IMG/VR virus record: IMGVR_UViG_3300042542_000047
Coordinates: 1 to 50,119 of that record
From: a virus
Lineage: Duplodnaviria > Caudoviricetes
Reading direction: 5' to 3' (one strand)
Length of the DNA stretch: 50,119 bases
Shown here: piece by piece, positions 45,386 to 50,119 of the stretch
Numbering within the stretch: position 1 is the first letter of the stretch
Layout of the letters: every line of letters begins with the position of its first letter
Position numbers and translations under genes: made by a program
The notes under the pieces: model-generated
Databases searched by the model: none
Told to the model about the DNA's origin: nothing
The model's input: only the letters and a program-made list of their open reading frames with translations

Positions 45386-45524
45386 GTTGCTCTCCGGCTG
45401 TCTTGGTTGTAAAAATTAAATGGCACTTGGTGCATTTCCATATCGTCCCCTTCTCGACGACAGTCCTGCGGTCGCCATGTTCGCCCCGCAGTCTCCCAAA
45501 GAATGTTCTGATTGCTTCAAGCAT
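45363..45524 (-). CDS. Small zinc-finger protein
   Basis: WKCTKCHLIF...EQHDC; GGAG SD before ATG 45524. Confidence 0.6.
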   Translation of the reverse strand: MLEAIRTFFGRLRGEHGDRRTVVEKGTIWKCTKCHLIFTTKTAGEQHDCRERI

Positions 45525-45702
45525 GTCTACTCCAATCTGTATACCCAAGAATCTTCATCGTTGCTGTTTCATGTATGGCATCCCACCAAAACCTAACGCC
45601 TCCTTCTGTTACAACGAACCGCCATAGCGTCCCATAGTCATCGGTCGTGTACCAAACATTTCGTGTCGTCAGTCTGCCGTTGATGTCATGTACCTCAAGC
45701 AT
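45517..45702 (-). CDS. Hypothetical protein
   Basis: GGAGG SD upstream; fills operon. Confidence 0.55.
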   Translation of the reverse strand: MLEVHDINGRLTTRNVWYTTDDYGTLWRFVVTEGGVRFWWDAIHETATMKILGYTDWSRHA

Positions 45703-45901
45703 TTTTCTGCACCTCCCATCGTTTACACAACCTCTTGACTTGCAGCGTCTGCTTGTTTTTCTTCATACACACCTTGCCAACTGACTGCATCTTTGCTTTC
45801 TCTTTCAACGTCAGCGGTGTGACTGGCGGCGGCGGCGCAGGAAACAAACCATTGCACCCAACCACAGATAGCGCAACGCCAAGTATGAGTCGATCAAGCA
45901 C
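45695..45901 (-). CDS. Putative small lipoprotein
   Basis: GTG start, AGGAG SD; LILGVALSVVGC lipobox-like; Pro-rich. Confidence 0.5.
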   Translation of the reverse strand: MLDRLILGVALSVVGCNGLFPAPPPPVTPLTLKEKAKMQSVGKVCMKKNKQTLQVKRLCKRWEVQKNA

Positions 45902-46349
45902 TGTTCTTCTCCTTGAGTTTGGCTTCAATGGCTTTGATAATTTCTTGGTCATCCCATTTGGTGTGCGCGGCATCAACCAAAATATCAATACGCTCCTCAT
46001 CTGTCAGCCCCACCCACTGCCTCTTGGGTAATCGAGGAGTTATTTCCAAATCCCTGCCAAGCACCCATGTCACACAGTCGTTGCCAGCAGTATTTTTGCG
46101 AGTCAGCAAAGTGGGGTGGTGCTTAATCTTCCCATCCTTCCACAAGTCGGTGAACCGACGACGGATGGTATTGATCAGGCCGCCATGTTTAAACACAAAC
46201 TCATCTGGAGTGAGGCCTGTTCCACCAACATCTTCTAGCTCCACCAAGATACGGGACTTGATGGAGTCGCTTCGGAGGGACGCTTTGTTAAACGCCGACC
46301 TCTCTGTTGGGAGTCCATTGCTGTGGACATGAGTTTTAAAATCATCCAT
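45894..46349 (-). CDS. Winged-HTH-like protein with WVGLTDEE...IEAKLKEKN tail
   Basis: GLTPDE...NTIRRRFTDL..G; C-terminal module shared with next gene. Confidence 0.6.
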   Translation of the reverse strand: MDDFKTHVHSNGLPTERSAFNKASLRSDSIKSRILVELEDVGGTGLTPDEFVFKHGGLINTIRRRFTDLWKDGKIKHHPTLLTRKNTAGNDCVTWVLGRDLEITPRLPKRQWVGLTDEERIDILVDAAHTKWDDQEIIKAIEAKLKEKNSA

Positions 46350-46378
46350 AGTTCTTATCCTTGAGTTTGGCTTCGATG
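45903..46378. repeat. 28-bp direct repeat (2 mismatches) at the 3' ends of two adjacent genes
   Basis: GTTCTTCTCCTTGAGTTTGGCTTCAATG (45903-45930) vs GTTCTTATCCTTGAGTTTGGCTTCGATG (46351-46378). Confidence 0.8.
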
Positions 46379-46665
46379 TAGTCAATGACTGCCTCAATGC
46401 CGTCGGGTGCGTCTTGCATGTACTTGGCGCACAGGCGGTCTTCTTTTGCCAGCCCCCGCCATGTGCGCTGTGGTGGGGTGGCTCTAACCATGTGTTTTAA
46501 CCAATCAGCCTGAAACCACTCATCTTGCCCGTTAATCCTGACGCATAAGTCTGTGTGATGTGCGTGTTTTAAACGGTCAATTAAAAGTTGAATGGAATCT
46601 ACTTGAAGCGAATTTATGTTTTTTTCAGTCAACAACCACGCCACAGGCTCTTGCTCTTGTGTCAT
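46342..46665 (-). CDS. Hypothetical protein (EPVAW...PPQRTW.GL...IEAKLKDKN)
   Basis: GAGGAG SD; modular termini. Confidence 0.65.
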   Translation of the reverse strand: MTQEQEPVAWLLTEKNINSLQVDSIQLLIDRLKHAHHTDLCVRINGQDEWFQADWLKHMVRATPPQRTWRGLAKEDRLCAKYMQDAPDGIEAVIDYIEAKLKDKNYG

Positions 46666-46904
46666 GCTTGTTCTCCTCTGGCTCTGATTTCTGCCCCTAA
46701 TTTCTTGAACCATTCATAGAAACCTGACCCACCCCAAGTCCCATATTCTTCCGCCACCTTTGCACAGGCTTCTCTTTCAACGGCTGTTGCTTTGGCGGCT
46801 ACAAGTTTGGCAAAACGCTCAAGGTCTTTCAACGTAGTTTCGTAACCTTTAACGTCCCAACCATTTGCGTCTTTCCAAAGAATAGCCACTTCATCTTGTG
46901 TCAT
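46662..46904 (-). CDS. Hypothetical protein (LERFAKLVAA..EREACAK...IRARGE)
   Basis: Typical small phage accessory ORF; ATGA overlaps. Confidence 0.7.
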   Translation of the reverse strand: MTQDEVAILWKDANGWDVKGYETTLKDLERFAKLVAAKATAVEREACAKVAEEYGTWGGSGFYEWFKKLGAEIRARGEQA

Positions 46905-47122
46905 GTGTAGTCCCCCTCCTCTGTGTGCTCAGTCAGTCTTGCCATCAGCCGTGCAATGCGCTGTTCGTTGTATTGAATAGCCGCATTCGCATACTCAGCC
47001 GCAGTCTCAGCTTCCAACTTGCGTAGGTGTGCTTCACGCAGTTCATTGGCAATGACTTCGTGAATAGTCCTAGCCCTCATCACTTCTTTGATGTATTTAA
47101 TTGTTGTTGATCTGAAGCTCAT
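46901..47122 (-). CDS. Hypothetical coiled-coil protein
   Basis: ATG 47122; ELREAHLRKLEAETAAEYA. Confidence 0.65.
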   Translation of the reverse strand: MSFRSTTIKYIKEVMRARTIHEVIANELREAHLRKLEAETAAEYANAAIQYNEQRIARLMARLTEHTEEGDYT

Positions 47123-47334
47123 TCTTCTCTCCCTCTCTCCTTCATCATTGCGTCTGCCGTCTTGTATGCGGCGAGTGCAGTGTCCTTGATGTCCATGTCT
47201 TGTCGCCAATCAGGGTCTGATAGCAATGCTTGCATAGCCCTTGCCGCAAAGTAGTCACGCAGTGTCATGCCTGAGTCGTCCCGCAAATGCGGGTTTGGAA
47301 ATGCTGGTATTGGTGGTGGAGATAAGTTAATCAT
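47119..47334 (-). CDS. Hypothetical protein (PAFP...GMTLRDYFAA.AMQ family)
   Basis: Recognisable phage motif GMTLRDYFAARAMQ...AY..ADAM. Confidence 0.75.
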   Translation of the reverse strand: MINLSPPPIPAFPNPHLRDDSGMTLRDYFAARAMQALLSDPDWRQDMDIKDTALAAYKTADAMMKERGREE

Positions 47335-47672
47335 TTCTTTAGTCCTCTGATGTAGATTGCAAACGAACTGATGGTGTCTTGTCCAAAACCTGTCAGCTTC
47401 TCAATGTGCTGTGCCACTTCTTCGACAACCCCATTGCGTAGCTCGTCATAGACCTGTTGCTGGGTTTTGATCGGCAGGTTCTTGATGATCTCTTGCTTGA
47501 CCTTGCTCTCTCGTTCGGTGTCGTTGAATTCAGTCATCACTTTATGCGCAGCGCGAACCGTTGCGACTTCAAGGCTTATTTTCATGTCGCGTTTAATTGA
47601 TGCCAAGTGCTTCTCAGCAAGCGCACCCCAGTCTTTTTCTTCACTTATTTGTTCAGTCATAGCTTTTACCAT
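47331..47672 (-). CDS. Hypothetical protein
   Basis: RNGVVEEVAQHIE..GFGQDTISSFAIYIRG. Confidence 0.65.
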   Translation of the reverse strand: MVKAMTEQISEEKDWGALAEKHLASIKRDMKISLEVATVRAAHKVMTEFNDTERESKVKQEIIKNLPIKTQQQVYDELRNGVVEEVAQHIEKLTGFGQDTISSFAIYIRGLKK

Positions 47673-47992
47673 TTTGGGTTTATTACACGATCACTTGCTT
47701 GCTTCCAAGTCCACTCAGGTCGCATGTGTCGAGTCCATTCAACTCTCGCATGTAAGCCTTGAAGATGCAAAAATTGAGGCTCTTCTTTCCAAGGATTCCA
47801 GTCTTTCCTTTCTATCATCCCCGCACGAACATCTGCGCTAGTGTTGGCATGACAAGCGCCTTTCCACCAGTTGTCTTCATCTCGCTTCTTCAAGCCCGAC
47901 TTGACGTACAACCAATACTGAAATCTCTTTGAGAGTCTTTTTACACTTAAGACGTACAACCAATACTTGATTCGGTGTGTGTGTTTACTCAT
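47666..47992 (-). CDS. Hypothetical basic protein with duplicated YWLYV motif
   Basis: 108-aa ORF packed in the operon. Confidence 0.55.
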   Translation of the reverse strand: MSKHTHRIKYWLYVLSVKRLSKRFQYWLYVKSGLKKRDEDNWWKGACHANTSADVRAGMIERKDWNPWKEEPQFLHLQGLHARVEWTRHMRPEWTWKQASDRVINPKW

Positions 47993-48107
47993 CTCTGTTT
48001 CCGTTCTGCATATGAAAGATTACCCATATGAAAACAGCACCAGCAACTACGGCGAAAACACCACCAGCAAGAAACACTGCAAACCACGTAAGTACATCTA
48101 ACAACAT
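47985..48107 (-). CDS. 40-aa single-TM peptide (below ORF-track cutoff)
   Basis: AAGGGGG SD; MLLDVLTWFAVFLAGGVFAVVAGAVFIWVIFHMQNGNRDE. Confidence 0.55.
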   Translation of the reverse strand: MLLDVLTWFAVFLAGGVFAVVAGAVFIWVIFHMQNGNRDE

Positions 48108-48116
48108 ACAACCCCC

Positions 48117-48272
48117 TTAAGCAAACCAAAGATAAAAACCATGCAATATCCCTATCGGGAAAAAGATTGCGCCAGCCACCAAGAACCCCCACATCGCTTG
48201 TGAAAAGCAAGTGAAGATGTGTGTCAACCACGCAATCAAACAAGTGATGCCAATAAGTGCGCCCCAGTTCAT
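48117..48272 (-). CDS. Small two-TM membrane protein
   Basis: GAGGAG SD; AWLTHIFTC...GAIFFPIGILHG. Confidence 0.65.
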   Translation of the reverse strand: MNWGALIGITCLIAWLTHIFTCFSQAMWGFLVAGAIFFPIGILHGFYLWFA

Positions 48273-48481
48273 GCTGTCTCCTCTTTTTTCCAAAAAACTT
48301 TTGTTGTTGACCAAAACCCATCTTCGTTTAAACGAAAACCAGACGCTTCAATTTCTGCGGGGGTCTTGCATCTACGGTCATCGCCAAATTTTCCTGTGCG
48401 GTGAGATTCAAATGCATTGTTGCTGTTGAAGTATTCCTTACAGCCCCCGCATTGATTACGGGACGATCCGAGCTTCTTCAT
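48269..48481 (-). CDS. Small zinc-finger protein (C..C...F..HR.G)
   Basis: QCGGCKEYFNSNNAFESHRTG...RRC. Confidence 0.72.
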   Translation of the reverse strand: MKKLGSSRNQCGGCKEYFNSNNAFESHRTGKFGDDRRCKTPAEIEASGFRLNEDGFWSTTKVFWKKEETA

Positions 48482-48785
48482 CTGCCTTCTCCTTTTCGCC
48501 CCACATGTGTTTAATCAATTCGTCTTCCACCACTTCAGAGAAAGACGCACCGGACGGAAAGCGCATCTGCGCAAACTTCAGATCATGGACGGCTTTGATT
48601 GCCTTGGTCAGTCCATCGTTGTACCCATCTGAATACATGCTCTTGCCCGAGACACGCGAAACCACACCCTCTCTGATCAATTGTGCGATTGGCACTTTTG
48701 ATTTCTTTGAGTAGTCTCTGAGACGGTCAATGTCCGACTGCAACAGGTACGCCATGTACGGTCGGTAGGTTTTAAAATAAGTCAT
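48456..48785 (-). CDS. Ribbon-helix-helix-like DNA-binding protein
   Basis: MAYL...RL..YSK...VPIAQLIREGV. Confidence 0.6.
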   Translation of the reverse strand: MTYFKTYRPYMAYLLQSDIDRLRDYSKKSKVPIAQLIREGVVSRVSGKSMYSDGYNDGLTKAIKAVHDLKFAQMRFPSGASFSEVVEDELIKHMWGEKEKADEEARIVP

Positions 48786-49161
48786 TGTTGACCCCTGTTT
48801 TATATTCAAGAACAATGGCATCGAATGCCATCTGCGCTTCTTCGTTGCCGTTCAATTCACTACGGGATGTGATGCCACAGCGTTTACACAGTTCCGCAGC
48901 GGCGGATGTCTCGTCCATCGTTCCAAGGAATTCTTGAAATTCAATGGCACGGCAAAGCATCCCCGCAGTCTGAACCCTGTTGCTGTAAGCGGTGGGTGAC
49001 TCGTCGTCTTGGATACGAACCAAGGCGCAAGCGTACCTTGACCCAACAAAATCTCGCAGAAGCTCTACAGGGATTTCGTCAGGGTGCAAGGCCAAGGTCA
49101 AGACATATCCTGTCCTGTCCTGTTTCAACGCAACCTTGCGGGCTTCAAACTGAAGCGCCAT
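48772..49161 (-). CDS. Hypothetical protein
   Basis: FEARKVALKQ..GYVLTLALHPDE...CGITSRSELN. Confidence 0.7.
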   Translation of the reverse strand: MALQFEARKVALKQDRTGYVLTLALHPDEIPVELLRDFVGSRYACALVRIQDDESPTAYSNRVQTAGMLCRAIEFQEFLGTMDETSAAAELCKRCGITSRSELNGNEEAQMAFDAIVLEYKTGVNNDLF

Positions 49162-49552
49162 CAAGCTTCCCTTCCAAGTACGCAATGATTGCCTTTGCGT
49201 CAACCAACTTAGACTCCAAGCTTCTGACTGCGCTGATCTGATCAGGCGTGGCAATGTACCGAATCTCTGGTTCAGGTGCGGGAATGTACCGAACCTCTTG
49301 GTTCGGGTTGATCTTGAGCATCTCAACTTGCTTCTCAAGTTCTGCAATCCGCGCATCCTTGTCTTCCAAGGTGCTTTTGCGGACAACCTTGAGTCGCTTC
49401 TTTTTGGACATGGTTATGGGTTTTGAAACCCCCACGTCATGCCGAGCGTTGTACACATGTTGCTTGGATACGCCAAGCTTGCTGACAGTCTCAGCGACAG
49501 GTTCGTCAGGGTTGACCTTGACGTACTCTTTTAACTCTGTGCGGGTCATCAT
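49145..49552 (-). CDS. HTH plus coiled-coil protein
   Basis: VAETVSKLGVSKQHVYNAR HTH; heptad tail. Confidence 0.6.
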   Translation of the reverse strand: MMTRTELKEYVKVNPDEPVAETVSKLGVSKQHVYNARHDVGVSKPITMSKKKRLKVVRKSTLEDKDARIAELEKQVEMLKINPNQEVRYIPAPEPEIRYIATPDQISAVRSLESKLVDAKAIIAYLEGKLDGASV

Positions 49553-49559
49553 GGCTTGA

Positions 49560-49865
49560 TCAAAAGGGGACGTCATCATCTTGCTCCTCCGTTTGTCTTT
49601 TGGCTTGTGGTTTCGCTGGCGCTTGGGCGGTTTCGGGAACGTAACGATCTACGCTGACAGACAGGTAAGTCTTGCCGGACGAATCAACTTTCTTCCAGCC
49701 ACTGAGCTTGAAGATTGTCAAACCGTCTTCGACTCGCGTCCCAGCGGTGTCGTTCAGATTGATGGCAATGTCACCCCAGTAATCGGGAGACATCGGGGTA
49801 CGTTTGCTGATGGTTGCACGAAGTTTGCCGCCATCGGGAAATGGTTTAAACGTTTTCTCAGTCAT
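49560..49865 (-). CDS. Single-stranded DNA-binding protein-like
   Basis: PDYWGDI...SGWKK...GKTYLSVSV; acidic DDDVPF C-terminus. Confidence 0.7.
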   Translation of the reverse strand: MTEKTFKPFPDGGKLRATISKRTPMSPDYWGDIAINLNDTAGTRVEDGLTIFKLSGWKKVDSSGKTYLSVSVDRYVPETAQAPAKPQAKRQTEEQDDDVPF

Positions 49866-50119
49866 TTTTCTGCTCCTTGCAGGGTTTTCTTGTATTCCGC
49901 AAAGCCATTGCGGACGTTGGCATAAAGCTCAGGGTGGCTAACCTTGAGTTTGTCGAGAGTGGGCTGGTTCTTCTTCCAGTAACTGTTTAAATCCGGCAGG
50001 TCGCGGTGTATGCTGATGAATTGCAACATCGCATCGGCAAACACCTGAGCATTACCATCAATCGTCGCGGGATCAGGCGTTGACGCTGGGACAACCAAAT
50101 CCACAGTCGCAGTCTGAGT
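49862..50119 (-). CDS. 3' part of a gene truncated by the window edge (possibly a single-strand annealing protein)
   Basis: Frame open to the window end; adjacent to SSB-like gene; only the C-terminus is visible. Confidence 0.45.
   Translation of the reverse strand, partial: TQTATVDLVVPASTPDPATIDGNAQVFADAMLQFISIHRDLPDLNSYWKKNQPTLDKLKVSHPELYANVRNGFAEYKKTLQGAEK

Noticed and set aside
47989-48321. 110-aa Cys/Trp-rich minus-strand ORF
   Set aside because: Better explained by two smaller SD-led ORFs in other frames (47985-48107, 48117-48272)
1-50119. tRNA/rRNA genes, integrase, DNA polymerase, alternative genetic code
   Set aside because: None recognised; genes tile densely under the standard code with TAA, TGA and TAG stops; replication genes probably lie beyond the right edge

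Overview
About 50 kb of a tailed dsDNA bacteriophage (Caudoviricetes) with podovirus-like organisation and no tape-measure or sheath genes. The embedded Rz/Rz1 spanins indicate a Gram-negative host. A freshwater Betaproteobacteria host is my guess from general family resemblance, not something the sequence proves. The + strand (192-44621) carries, in order: a LexA-type HTH gene, large terminase, P22-like portal, GroES, scaffold, capsid decoration and major capsid protein, a cluster of small basic proteins sharing a Gly-Gly motif, head-tail adaptors, a large tail-fibre paralogue array with an inserted GIY-YIG-like endonuclease, a 2OG-Fe(II) oxygenase, a lysis cassette, tail nozzle, internal/ejection proteins and a 3179-aa polyvalent protein. 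The - strand (44608-50119) carries small early/accessory genes, an SSB-like gene and a gene truncated by the window edge. The most striking unexplained signals are: (1) 22 hand-counted exact copies of the palindrome GTTTAAAC, fewer than 1 expected, skewed to the right third; (2) a giant protein built of enzymatic modules (zincin peptidase, four ADP-ribosyltransferase-like domains, GP88-like, ParB-like) separated by a recurring [KR][YFM]SL linker, suggesting a self-processing polyprotein; (3) a compact double-pseudoknot RNA abutting a Shine-Dalgarno after the capsid terminator; (4) a shared [YFM]AxGG...ADG.A.RGKT motif across about nine otherwise unrelated proteins. All family assignments are by motif recognition; no searches were run.
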